DNA of 59,008 nt, counting the filler. It is 5 parts of 5 records of this genome, joined end to end, with 100 filler letters (N's around TTAATTAATTAA, not from the genome) between each part and the next. Parts side by side here need not be neighbours in the genome. Positions count along the whole stretch, not along the records: positions 19,716 to 32,879 come from DRR723986_19956; positions 32,980 to 43,789 come from DRR723986_19963; 3 more parts are not named here. The stretch is one strand, 5' to 3'. This document shows positions 30,112 to 40,678 of this stretch, piece after piece. A program made the position numbers and the translations under genes. How positions within the stretch are numbered: position 1 is the stretch's first letter; every line of letters starts with the position of its first letter. The notes below the pieces were generated by a model. The model ran no database searches and was not told the origin of the DNA. It was given only the letters and a program-made list of their open reading frames with translations.

Positions 30112-31347
30112 ATGCTTGCCAGCAAAAAAGCCTACCAGCGCGGTGTGTCCCTGCCGAGCTCCAATCCGTTTCAACGCCTTGCCGAACTGCTGAGCGGCGA
30201 GACGCCGGGGCTCGACCCGATTGTCATGACGATTGGCGAACCGCAACACGCCATTCCTGATTTTACCGCGGAAGTTCTGGCTGAAAATATGGCCGGTTTC
30301 CGCCGTTATCCGCCGATCGACGGCTCGCCTGAATTCCGTTCGGCCGTCGCATCCTGGCTGGATCGCCGATACAATCTGGGTGGGTTGATCGACGCCGACC
30401 ATGGTGTGCTGCCGCTGAACGGGTCTCGCGAAGGACTTTCCTTCGGCGCCATTGCCGCCCGCGATCAGCTGAACAAGGGTCTGGACCACCCTGTGGTGAT
30501 TCTGCCCAACCCGTTCTACCAGACCTATGCTGCCGCAGCGCATGTCGCCGATGCGGAGGCCGTGCTGCTCGACGCGGTTGCGGGAAACAATTTTCTGCCG
30601 GATCTCGACAGCCTCGATGCGGAGCTGCTGGAAAGGACCGTCGCCTTTTACGTCGCCTCGCCCACAAATCCGGAAGGGTTTGTGGCCGATACCGCCTACT
30701 GGCAGCGCCTGATCGGTCTCGCCCGCAAGCATCGCTTCTATGTCTTTGCAGACGAATGCTATTCGGAAATCTATCGCGAGACGCCGCCAATCGGCATTCT
30801 GGAAGCGGCCAGGGATCTGAATGAAGAGCAGGGCGGCGGCTTTGCCAACATCATCGTCCTCAATTCGCTGTCCAAACGCTCCAACCTGGCGGGCCTGCGC
30901 TGCGGCTTTGCGGCAGGCGATCCCGAATTCCTGAAAAAATGGGCGAAGTTCAGAGGCCTTGCCGCACCGCAGGTGCCGCTGCCGGCACAGGCAGTTGCCG
31001 TCCGGGCCTATCAGGACGAAACCCACGTCATTGAAAACCGCAGGCTCTACAACGAAAAATTCGAAGCTGCCGAAAAACACCTCGGCCCGATCCTTGGGCC
31101 GGTTACGCCTGACGCAGGGTTCTTCCTGTGGCTGGATATCAGCCGCTGGGGCGACGCCGTTGCGGTCACGAAGGCACTCTGGACCGAAATCGGGCTCAAG
31201 GTGCTGCCGGGCAGCTACCTTGCCTCGGACCAGTCGGACGGCAGCAATCCGGGGCGGAACTATATTCGCATCAGCCTGACGGCTCCTCTTGAGCAGACAG
31301 AGATCGCTCTGGAGCGTCTGGCAAAATGGTTGGGGGACAAGGCATGA
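30112..31347 (+). CDS. Class I/II PLP aminotransferase (DapC-like)
   Basis: [42 protein letters not shown]. Confidence 0.9.
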   Translation: MLASKKAYQRGVSLPSSNPFQRLAELLSGETPGLDPIVMTIGEPQHAIPDFTAEVLAENMAGFRRYPPIDGSPEFRSAVASWLDRRYNLGGLIDADHGVLPLNGSREGLSFGAIAARDQLNKGLDHPVVILPNPFYQTYAAAAHVADAEAVLLDAVAGNNFLPDLDSLDAELLERTVAFYVASPTNPEGFVADTAYWQRLIGLARKHRFYVFADECYSEIYRETPPIGILEAARDLNEEQGGGFANIIVLNSLSKRSNLAGLRCGFAAGDPEFLKKWAKFRGLAAPQVPLPAQAVAVRAYQDETHVIENRRLYNEKFEAAEKHLGPILGPVTPDAGFFLWLDISRWGDAVAVTKALWTEIGLKVLPGSYLASDQSDGSNPGRNYIRISLTAPLEQTEIALERLAKWLGDKA

Positions 31348-32879
31348 GGCGGGCCAGCGCAGTTCGCGGCAACGGCCGCAGATCTTCGGTTGACCTACTG
31401 GACACCGAGAGCCCACTGAAGCGGTTCATCCGGCGCAATCTTGTCGGGGCCGCGGGTCTCGGTATCATCGCGCTGGCGGCAATGCTCGCGGCAAGCCTTG
31501 CCACCTGGTCCGTCAGCGACCCGAGCTTCAATCATGCCACCGGTGGCCAGGTGCGCAACGCCCTTGGAACACCGGGCGCTGTTCTTGCAGACATTCTGAT
31601 GCAGACCATCGGCCTGGCGACGGCCGTGTTTCTGATTCCTCTGGTTCTGTGGGGCTGGCGGCTTCTGACCGGCCACGCGCTTGGCATCGGCCGCAAGCGC
31701 CTGGTCTACTGGCTGATCGGCACAAGCCTTGCCGCAGGAGCCCTGGCGTCGCTGCCGGTTCCCGAAAGCTGGCCGCTACCGACCGGTCTCGGCGGCTTTT
31801 TCGGCGACACCGTTCACCATTTGCCTGCGCTCGTTACCGACAACATGACAAGCGGCGCCGCCACGATCGTCGGCGTGCTTGGTCTTGGCGTACCGGCTAT
31901 CCTGTGCCTGCTGGCAGCTGCCGGTTGGCTGGGCAGCATCGGCGCTCCGTCCGTACGGATTGAGCCTGTGGCCGGTCCTGTCGGTCACGGCAAGGCCGCC
32001 GAGCATGAACTCGACTTTGACGACGACGATGGCGAGTCCCGCATCGGTATCTTCATGAGTGCATTCGTCGGCCAGATGGAGCATTTCGGTCTTCAGGCTG
32101 CCGCACAGGTGCGCCGGTTGACCGGCTTGAAGCGCAGCCAGGCCCAGGACGAAGAAGAATACTGGGACGAGGATGAGGACGACACCGACTACGAGCCGGA
32201 AGACACTCGCCAGGGCAGCCGCCTGAAGGCATTCCGCAAGGCCCTTGCCGGCCGGTTGATGCCGCAAGATGACGACGGCCTCGACGACTTCTACCAGCGT
32301 GGCCGTCATGCGGACGACGGTGACGAACCTTACGCTGAAGAATACTACGACGAGGAAGGCGACACCTTCGAGCCGGACGATCTGATGATCGACAAGGGGC
32401 CCGTCAACGGTCGTCCCGCGGTCCCGGTCGGCATTGCCGCGCCGGAGGCTCAGCAGGCGCCTGCGCAACCGGCAGCGAATGGCCGCGTCATTCCGCAGGC
32501 ACCGCGTCCGAAGCAGAGCAAACGTGCGATCGAGGAAGCTCAGCCATCCTTCCTCGGAGCCCCGGAAGAGTACGAATTGCCTCCGCTGCGGCTGCTGGCC
32601 GAGCCGAAGGTGGCCGGCAAGGTGCCGGGTCTGTCCGCCGATGCGCTGGAACAGAATGCCCGCATCCTGGAAGGCGTGCTTGAGGATTTCGGTGTTCGCG
32701 GCGAAATCATCGAGGTTCGACCCGGTCCGGTCGTGACCCTGTACGAACTGGAACCGGCACCTGGCATCAAGTCCTCGCGTGTCATCGGTCTTGCGGACGA
32801 TATCGCCCGCTCGATGAGCGCGATTTCCGCCCGTGTGGCGGTGATCCCGGGCAAGAACGCCATCGGTATCGAACTGCCG
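31344..32879 (+). CDS. ftsK: DNA translocase FtsK; 3'-truncated by the contig end
   Basis: N-terminal membrane domain (DPSFN, N.LG..GA), acidic linker, alpha domain [20 protein letters not shown]...IGIELP; ATGA overlap with the upstream gene. Confidence 0.95.
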
Positions 32880-32979
32880 NNNNNNNNNNNNNNNNNNNNN
32901 NNNNNNNNNNNNNNNNNNNNNNNTTAATTAATTAANNNNNNNNNNNNNNNNNNNNNNNNNNNNNNNNNNNNNNNNNNNN
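32880..32979. other. Artificial contig-joining spacer
   Basis: Same N/TTAATTAATTAA/N structure; truncates ftsK. Confidence 0.99.
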
Positions 32980-33006
32980 CACCTGTTAGCCTGTGGCTAA
33001 CAGGTG
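32980..33006. repeat. REP-like hairpin at the contig edge
   Basis: 11-bp perfect stem CACCTGTTAGC/GCTAACAGGTG with a 5-nt loop. Confidence 0.6.
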
Positions 33007-33176
33007 GTGCTGGTTTTAGAATTCAGTCCCCAAACCCAAATCCTCACCTCAAATTTTCATTTCCCAGAATAAATCCTTAAAATCCCAATCAATCAAATAA
33101 CCATAACCGACCCAAACATCCGTTTTCCCAAACCAATCCCAAACAATCCCGGCGCCCAACAACACGGCCATATTCC

Positions 33177-34037
33177 ATGCGTCCAATTACCAGCACCATA
33201 TCACCAGGCCTCCTTTCCCTGCTCCTCTTTACCTGCCTTGCTGTGCTGACAGCCTGCGATGACGGCTACCAACGCCCGACCTCCGACGATCCGTACGCCG
33301 ACTATCGCTACCTGCCCGCCGGTAAACATACGCTTGACGTCCTGGTCGATGAGTTTGACCGCAGCGACGTTTTTGCTGTGCTTGAACTTAATCAAACCAC
33401 GTCCGAAATCTTTAAACTGATTGATCCGGCCAACGACACCTGGCAAGAATTCGATTTGATAGAACACATCGGAAGAGCCAGAACCTATAGAATTGAAGGC
33501 AGCCGCCCCGCGTCCGTCGGTGAACTTAAAGTTAACAATCAGGTTTTTAGTGAGATTGCATCCGGCAGTTATGTCGCTCCTGGCGCGGAAGATGAGGCTG
33601 AACCTGAGCTGTTTTTTGCTACGGCAAACAATCAGATTAACATCCAGGGCAACAGCGAGTTTCCACAGTTTTCAGAGACTGCCTCGTTTGCAGCAGCGCC
33701 AAGGTTTACGAATATCGTGCGCGGCCAAAAGATTTCGCGGGCATCCAACTTTGTGTTTGAATGGAGCGGCCTGAATGCCGGATACGCCGACTTTGAACTC
33801 ACTGTGGCCGAAAGTTACGCAGAGCCAAGACAAGGACCGGTTTATTCAGTTATACGATTTATCGATAATAATGGCACACAAACGCTCAGGCCGAGAGAAA
33901 TTGAGAACCTGCCCAATGGCCGAGCCGAAGTCCTGGTGCGTCAATTTGAAACTATTCCCCTGCTGCTGCCCAATCAAGAGCGCATGTACGTCGTTGGAAT
34001 TTCGGCGCACAAGTTGATGATTGAACTGGTTGATTGA
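33177..34037 (+). CDS. Hypothetical lipoprotein
   Basis: Hydrophobic signal with lipobox LTAC; beta-rich mature region. Confidence 0.75.
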   Translation: MRPITSTISPGLLSLLLFTCLAVLTACDDGYQRPTSDDPYADYRYLPAGKHTLDVLVDEFDRSDVFAVLELNQTTSEIFKLIDPANDTWQEFDLIEHIGRARTYRIEGSRPASVGELKVNNQVFSEIASGSYVAPGAEDEAEPELFFATANNQINIQGNSEFPQFSETASFAAAPRFTNIVRGQKISRASNFVFEWSGLNAGYADFELTVAESYAEPRQGPVYSVIRFIDNNGTQTLRPREIENLPNGRAEVLVRQFETIPLLLPNQERMYVVGISAHKLMIELVD

Positions 34038-34060
34038 CCGTTTGACCGTTTGACCGTTTG
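34034..34060. repeat. Tandem repeat (TTGACCGT)x3 plus TTG
   Basis: Directly visible; overlaps the lipoprotein stop codon. Confidence 0.9.
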
Positions 34061-34386
34061 TATTAACAATTAAAGCTAAGACTCGCGGACTCCTGAACTT
34101 AACATTTCAGAAAACAGACTGACCGACTTCAGGACTTAACACTTTTAACACCGTGACTAACAAGAAGCTCAAAAAGCAAGCCCGAATTCAGGAGGGCGCT
34201 GCAATCAAAATGAAACAAATTATCGACAGTGATTCCCAATGCTGCACCGCGCTAACAGCCTGGCGGCAGGCAAACTCGCAAATTGTTAAACACCAAATGC
34301 CACAAACACAAAAGTCCCGTAAACTTGAGCTTCACTTGGCTCAGAATCTACAGGACTTAAACTTTTAAGCGGCTGACTTAACAGAA

Positions 34387-35025
34387 TTACTTGCGCTCGC
34401 TGACCGGAACAATTTTAATGCTCGCAATGAACTCCGCAAAACTGGGAGCCAACTTGTACAGAGTCGCAAAGTTAATCGTGTCGCGTACCGCGTCAAATTC
34501 CTCGCCTTCGCCTTTTTCGACGATTGCATCAAAATTGGGAATCTTCTCCTGCGCGTCGGCAATCTTGCGCTCAAAGTAGTCCTTGGCCCAGGGTTGATGC
34601 CAGTTGTAGTACCAGTAGTAAACGCTGCCAAAGTCGTCTTCGCGCAGTGAAAGGCAGATAATGCTGTGTGAAGCCGTAAGACCAATGCCAACAACATCAC
34701 GCGGCAGGAACTCCTCTATCTGATAGGTCTCGTTCATGCCCAGAAGGTAGTTCGGCCCCTCAAAGTCCACCAGGCTGTGATCCTGCCCCACAAAACCAAA
34801 GAACTCCTCTACACAGTCCCTGACTTTGCCGGAGCGGCCATCAACTTCGGTTTGTTTGATATCCGTGCGCAGCATGTAGTCCGCATCCGGATTGGCTTCG
34901 CCGCCATTGTAGGTCAGCAAAAAGTTGACGTAATCTTCCGGTAGTTTACGTCCAAAGTGGCGTTCGAGTTCTTCAATGTGTTTCCGCTCGAGCGTCGGAA
35001 GCGAATTCATCAACTTGATGCGCAT
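34387..35025 (-). CDS. SMI1/KNR4 (SUKH) family immunity protein
   Basis: IEELERHFGRKLPEDYVNFLLTYNGG...IG...ICLSL..DFGSVYYW...LAPSFAEFI. Confidence 0.88.
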   Translation of the reverse strand: MRIKLMNSLPTLERKHIEELERHFGRKLPEDYVNFLLTYNGGEANPDADYMLRTDIKQTEVDGRSGKVRDCVEEFFGFVGQDHSLVDFEGPNYLLGMNETYQIEEFLPRDVVGIGLTASHSIICLSLREDDFGSVYYWYYNWHQPWAKDYFERKIADAQEKIPNFDAIVEKGEGEEFDAVRDTINFATLYKLAPSFAEFIASIKIVPVSERK

Positions 35026-35286
35026 GCAGTCTCCGCAATTGATCGGTATGTTGTGAACGATTCACATTACGTCCATACAATGCTCTACTTTATAGATCGT
35101 TCTTCCGCGCCATGCACACGCGCAAAACGCGCTGCAGGTCAAAAAATCGGACGAACTCCCCAGGATTGCATTGCCGCCTGTTCCAGGCTGACAGAAACGT
35201 GGAACCGAACCAGACCTTTTTTCTACTAAATCTGTCCCCGCGACGGGCGAAATGACGCCTGTATTGTACCGAGAGAAGAATTAACC

Positions 35287-36774
35287 ATGGCGCGCTTCCG
35301 TTTTGACCCACGCATCCTACAATACTTTGAGCGCTATCGGCCAATTATCGACTCCTGGGACGCGTTTTGTGAAGCTCTGCAACGCCCACTTCCCAACTGC
35401 ATTTGGTCCAACGCCACACGCATTCAGCCGGCTGAATTTGAAGAACATTTGCGTGCCGACGGCATTCAGTTTGAAGGCCTGCCCTGGATGTCGGGTGCTT
35501 ACAGGATTCTGGATGAGACGGCACCGGGAACCCACTGGACATATTTAGCTGGACTGAGCCACGTACAGGAAGAAGTCTCGATGATTCCGCCGCTGGTGCT
35601 TGATCCGCAGCCCGGCGAAACGGTTCTGGACATGTGTGCCGCGCCCGGCAATAAAACCGCGCAGATTGCAATTCAAATGCAGAATCGCGGCAGCGTCGTG
35701 GCCAACGACGCGTCATTCGGTCGCTTCCCCGGTATGCGCGGAACACTCGAACGCCTCGGCGCACTAAACGTCACCCTCACCAACTACGACGCCACGCAGC
35801 TGCAAACCGGCACACATCTGTTTGACAGAGTTCTGGCAGACGTCCCCTGCTCCTGTGAAGGCACGACACGCAAAAACTCGCAGGTTGTACGGCGAATAGC
35901 CAATCGTCCGGCACTGTTTCCCGGCATCCGAACTCAGCAAGACATTTTACGGCGAGCGGTGCGCCTGTGCCGTCCCGGCGGAACGATTGTTTACGCCACC
36001 TGTACGTATGCGCCTGAGGAAAATGAAGCCGTAGTCGACAAAATCCTGCGCGAGTTTGGTGCGGGCGTCGTGAGCCTGCGCAGTGTTACACTCCCCGGTT
36101 TACAGTCCTCGCCAGGCATCACGGAGTGGGAGGGCACATCTTTCCATGCGGATATGCACAAAAGCATACGCGTCTGGCCACAGCAAAACGATAGCGGTGG
36201 TTTTTACGTGGCCCTACTGCAACGCGGTGCGCAGGAACTACCGGGCGATGCGGATCAGGTGCACAACAAAAAAGGCAGCCCCGCAGCCGACTATCACTTT
36301 AATCAGTATGCGCAGCACGAACTGGATTCGGCGGCTTTGGCGGAGTATCTGCGTGTACGCTTTGACATCGACCCACGCTTCTTTAATGCTTTTAAGCTCT
36401 ATCAACCCACGGCGGCACAAATCTATCTGGCAGACAAATCGACTTTTTGCCCTGCGGAACTGCTACAACATACGCTGGGCCTGGCACTGGTGCGTATCGG
36501 AACGCGGCGCGAGCCCAAGTTGAGCAAGGACGGAGCCAAGGTAATTGGCGGACTGGCACGGCGGCATGTGCTCGATTTAAGCCGGCAGGAGCGCGATGAC
36601 TTTTTGGCAAGGCGTGAAATTGTGCTTTCTGAGGAGCAACGCAATCATCACTGTGTGGACTGGCGGCAGGGCTACATTATTATGCGTTACGCTGGTTGTA
36701 CGCTTGGGGTTGGATTTTATCGGCCGCAGCCGGGATCAATTGAAAGTCTGTTTCCTAAGGCTTTGGCGCGTTGA
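35287..36774 (+). CDS. RsmF/YebU-like NOL1/NOP2/Sun rRNA m5C methyltransferase
   Basis: QEEVSMIP, LDMCAAPGNKT, ADVPCSCEG, YATCTYAPEENE, GGFY; PUA-like C-terminus. Confidence 0.9.
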   Translation: MARFRFDPRILQYFERYRPIIDSWDAFCEALQRPLPNCIWSNATRIQPAEFEEHLRADGIQFEGLPWMSGAYRILDETAPGTHWTYLAGLSHVQEEVSMIPPLVLDPQPGETVLDMCAAPGNKTAQIAIQMQNRGSVVANDASFGRFPGMRGTLERLGALNVTLTNYDATQLQTGTHLFDRVLADVPCSCEGTTRKNSQVVRRIANRPALFPGIRTQQDILRRAVRLCRPGGTIVYATCTYAPEENEAVVDKILREFGAGVVSLRSVTLPGLQSSPGITEWEGTSFHADMHKSIRVWPQQNDSGGFYVALLQRGAQELPGDADQVHNKKGSPAADYHFNQYAQHELDSAALAEYLRVRFDIDPRFFNAFKLYQPTAAQIYLADKSTFCPAELLQHTLGLALVRIGTRREPKLSKDGAKVIGGLARRHVLDLSRQERDDFLARREIVLSEEQRNHHCVDWRQGYIIMRYAGCTLGVGFYRPQPGSIESLFPKALAR

Positions 36775-37396
36775 TCGCTGTTTAGAATTCTGGATGTTTC
36801 GTTTTTACACGAAGTGATCAACGAGTTGCATATTCCGGCACTTGACTTCTTGAGCGCTTCGCCCCATCACTGCGTTCGTGGTGGCTTGCTGTTTCCTCTT
36901 GTTAGTTGTTGAGTTGGAAGATTCACGCCGCTGAATTGCTGAACCGGCTTGAGTTTTGGTCTCAAAATTGCACCGCTTTAGGCTTACAGGCTTGCAGCAA
37001 CACCAACATTAGCACTACTTTTGCCTTTGAGAGAGGCGTTTCTGCTAACATGGCACGATGGCATGCCTGAAGCACACAGTCCGGATGACAATTTGTGCAT
37101 GTGCAAAACGTTGCTGTTTTTTTTGAGATGGCTCGCAGGCGCTGACTCTTATTCTGATATCCGCGCAGCCATCGTTTGAACTGCTCAAATTTCGTCGATA
37201 CAACATGATATTGACATGCACTAAGTTGTTTAGATCGGTGCATTGTCTACGTCTCCAGCCGCATTCCATGCCGAACCTGTTATTTTTCGGATAGACATGT
37301 GCGGCTGACAGCAAGGGGCGCTGTTCGTGGGACAAATCAATTTGAACTTTCTGGGACTAAATACAAGTTGTACCATACTCTCCTAAGGATGTTGAA

Positions 37397-39907
37397 ATGA
37401 GTTTCATTCAACGACTGTTTGCGGTGTCTGCCTTGGCACTTTTTGCGTGTTTTGCGAGCACTTTTGCACAGATGGCCAACGTGCAGATTATTCATAACTC
37501 GTCTGACCCGGCAGCTGCAATTGTTGACATCTATATTAATGACAACAAAAGCCTGGATGATTTCGCCTATCGTTCAGCGTCACCGTTCGTTCCCATTCCC
37601 GCAGGATTTGAGATTATCGCCAAGATCGCAGCATCGGACAGCGAAAATGCGGACGACAAAATCATTGCAACCATCAGTCTTGGTGCACTCGAAGATGGCC
37701 AAAACTACGTCATTGTTGCCAACGGCGTCCTTGGTGAGAACTTCAACAATGGCGGTGATGAGTCACGCAATATTGATTTTAACCTCTATACTGTCGGCAA
37801 CGCGCGCCAGCTGTCTAGCGGCGGTGCAGGTTTTGTTGACGTCGCTGTATTTCACGGCGTTACCGACGCACCTGCAGTAGATATTTTCATCGACATAGCT
37901 GGCGAACCCCTGTTTAGAAATGTGGAATACGGTCAATTTTCAGAATACGTTTCGCTGCCGGCGAGTGATGAATACATCTTCACTGTCACAGAGGCCGGCA
38001 ATCCCGAGGCAGTTCTGGATCGTTTCCTGGCACCTCTTAAAACAGCAGACCGTGCGGCTGCAGTTATCTGTGCTACTGGTTTTGCAACTCCTGGTGACGA
38101 GCCGGGTATGCCATCAGCTGAAGACTACGCTTTTGGCCTGCTTGTGCCATTCCCCTTTGGTGGACAGGTTTTGTTGCCAAATGATATTGCACGCGTACAA
38201 ATTGTGCACAATTCGTCCATGGAAGCGGCCGACAAAGTTGACATCTATGTTAATGGCTTGAAGCCAGAAATTCTTGACGATCTGGAGTATCGCTCAGCAA
38301 CTCGTTTTATTGACGTTCCAGCCGGCATTGACGTTACGGTTGTTATAGCACAATCCACAAGTACGGCCGTTGATCAGGATGTCCTCGCAACAGTTGAACT
38401 CGGTGAATTAGTTTCAGGCCAAAGTTATGTAGCGGTTGCCAATGGCATTATTGGTACTGAAGGATTCAACAACCCAGATCCAGACAATCGCTCAATCATC
38501 CTTGACCTCTATCTACTTCCGGGGCAGGAAACAAATGATGTCGAAGACGAAGTTGCTGCGAATTTCTTCCATGGTGTTACAGATGCACCAGCTATTGATG
38601 TCTATGGTGAAGAGGTTGATGAAGCCATTTTCTCCAATCTGGATTATGCCGAACAGACTGGCTACTTGACGTTTGATAACTTTGATACCGCAATTGAAGT
38701 CACTGAGGCTGATAACCCTGGGAATGTTCTTGGCGTGTTTAATCTGCCGTTTGCAGATTTCGGCGGACAAGGTGTTACAATTATTAGCTCTGGATTCCAG
38801 ACGCCTGGAGACGAAGAAATTACTGACAATGGCACCTACGATTTTAAGTTGTTGCTTATTGAGCCTTCTGGTTTTGTAGATATTCTGGACGCGGAACTTC
38901 CTGAGCCAACAGCTCAAGTGCAGGTAATCCATAACTCTTCTCTTCCAGCAGCAGCGACAGTTGATATATACATTAATGGCGAGAAGTCTGCGATTCTGGA
39001 CGATTTTGCCTATCGCACAGCAACGCCATTCCTGGAACTACCGGCCGAAGTCGAGCTTACCATCGTTATCGCAGCTGCGAACAGCACAGGTGTTGACGAT
39101 CAGGTATTGGACACTTTCGACGGGCAACTGTCGGCGGACAATGCCTACGTCTTGATTGCCAATGGCACTCCCGGCGAGGGCTGGAACAATGGCGGTGACG
39201 CTAACCGCAACATTGATCTTGAACTCTTTACCTTGGGCGGCCGCACAGAGGCCATGTCAAATTCAGACCTGGACATCATGGTTTTCCACGGTGTAACTGA
39301 TGCTCCGGCCGTCGACATCTATACTGACTTTTCGGCCGCATCACCGACTATTGGTGGTTTAGATTACGGAATTGCAACGGACTACATTACAGTTCCAGCA
39401 GCTCCTTTGAACCTCTTCCTCACAGCTGCAGGCAGCAAAGAAACATATGTTGGTGGTTATCAGTTTTTCCTGACAAATCTAGCTGGCGAGTCGGCAGTTG
39501 TTTTGGCAACGGGCTTCCTGAGCCCCGAAGACGAGCCAGGTCCACCGCCTGCTGGTTATGAGTTTGGTCTGATCGCTGTATTGGCAGATGGAACGATTCT
39601 GACTCCTTCCGTCGTGTCGAGCGTTAGCGAAGAAGCGCGTGAGATCGAATCCGCCAGTGTTAAGATCACACCAAACCCCGTCAGCGAACGTGCTGAGCTG
39701 AGTTTTGTCATGAGTGAAACTGCTGAAGTCCGCGTTTTTCTGACTGATGCACGTGGTGCTACCGTTACCGACTTCAATGCCGGCATCTTGCCAGTTGGTC
39801 AACATAACATGACTCTGCCGATTCAAAATCTGGCGAGCGGTGCGTACAACGTCATAATTATGACTGCGACCGGTGCGCAGCAAACGCAGCTGAACCTTGT
39901 GCGTTGA
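37397..39907 (+). CDS. DUF4397-repeat protein with T9SS type-A CTD (paralog 1)
   Basis: Signal peptide; three VQ.[IV]HN / FHGVTDAPA.D module pairs; CTD TPNPVSERAELSF...LASGAY...LNLVR. Confidence 0.85.
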   Translation: MSFIQRLFAVSALALFACFASTFAQMANVQIIHNSSDPAAAIVDIYINDNKSLDDFAYRSASPFVPIPAGFEIIAKIAASDSENADDKIIATISLGALEDGQNYVIVANGVLGENFNNGGDESRNIDFNLYTVGNARQLSSGGAGFVDVAVFHGVTDAPAVDIFIDIAGEPLFRNVEYGQFSEYVSLPASDEYIFTVTEAGNPEAVLDRFLAPLKTADRAAAVICATGFATPGDEPGMPSAEDYAFGLLVPFPFGGQVLLPNDIARVQIVHNSSMEAADKVDIYVNGLKPEILDDLEYRSATRFIDVPAGIDVTVVIAQSTSTAVDQDVLATVELGELVSGQSYVAVANGIIGTEGFNNPDPDNRSIILDLYLLPGQETNDVEDEVAANFFHGVTDAPAIDVYGEEVDEAIFSNLDYAEQTGYLTFDNFDTAIEVTEADNPGNVLGVFNLPFADFGGQGVTIISSGFQTPGDEEITDNGTYDFKLLLIEPSGFVDILDAELPEPTAQVQVIHNSSLPAAATVDIYINGEKSAILDDFAYRTATPFLELPAEVELTIVIAAANSTGVDDQVLDTFDGQLSADNAYVLIANGTPGEGWNNGGDANRNIDLELFTLGGRTEAMSNSDLDIMVFHGVTDAPAVDIYTDFSAASPTIGGLDYGIATDYITVPAAPLNLFLTAAGSKETYVGGYQFFLTNLAGESAVVLATGFLSPEDEPGPPPAGYEFGLIAVLADGTILTPSVVSSVSEEAREIESASVKITPNPVSERAELSFVMSETAEVRVFLTDARGATVTDFNAGILPVGQHNMTLPIQNLASGAYNVIIMTATGAQQTQLNLVR

Positions 39908-39995
39908 TCAAACGCTATCATTTGAGTACGGCTGATGTTTGCGGTCCTGAATTTTCGGACTGAATCGTAGTCATACTCTGGTAATAACACTTACT

Positions 39996-40035
39996 AACAG
40001 CCTCGGGTTATCTTACCCGGGGCTGTTTGTGTTTA
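39996..40035 (+). terminator. Intrinsic terminator after paralog 1
   Basis: AACAGCCTCGGGT...ACCCGGGGCTGTT stem followed by TGTGTTT. Confidence 0.75.
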
Positions 40036-40678
40036 AACCTCGCTCTACACGCGCCGCACTTTCACCTTGATATTGATCGCCAGGCCCTTTGCGCCGGGCC
40101 CACTTCGGGCCTGAGACCGGCTTAATGGCTTGCTTTATAATTTTGTTAGTACATGTGCTGCAAATCTTCACCCGCCGATCCGCTCCAGCCTTCAGCAGTT
40201 TCGTCATGAAAGTTTGCCGTTCCACGCCGCAAGGTTTGGCAGGGCTCACTGAGAGCCCTAGCTTTGTCATCGGAAGGACGTACAAACCATCAGGGCACGT
40301 TGGGATGTACGAATTTGCAGACAAGGCAACAATTTTGTGAAACCACATTGTGTTGCAGTGGTTATTACGATGGGCACTTAAGCACTGACTCGCAAACCGA
40401 TAACCGGGCACCCATCTTTGAATAGTTAAGCGTTATTACGGTCGACGCGGCCAGGTCGCCTATGACTTGTTTAAGTCGCCGTAAGCCGTCCCGCACACGC
40501 GCTCAGTTGTGTTCTAGTCTTCGGACTACAACTTAAACAACAATCCAACATTTGGATAAAAGAGTGTGGCAGACAGTTGAGATAGTGGGGGCACTATCTT
40601 CACCCGAGTCTGGGACAAATGAATCTGGAACTATCTGAGATTTTAAATTTTTTATCATCTTCTCCGAAGGGTGTTGTT

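Noticed and set aside
30106-31416. 436-aa minus-strand ORF
   Set aside because: Antisense shadow of the aminotransferase.
34034-34386. Repeats considered as a CRISPR array
   Set aside because: Only short tandem units and two imperfect copies 221 nt apart; no regular repeat-spacer period and no cas genes.
25185-36774. Two NOL1/NOP2/Sun methyltransferases as a duplicated system
   Set aside because: They lie on different contigs from different organisms and belong to different subfamilies.
40090-40330. TPP riboswitch (CTGAGA), hammerhead (CTGATG/GAAAC) or c-di-GMP-I (GGCAAAC) matches
   Set aside because: Only isolated sub-motifs are present; the required order and flanking stems of each family are missing.
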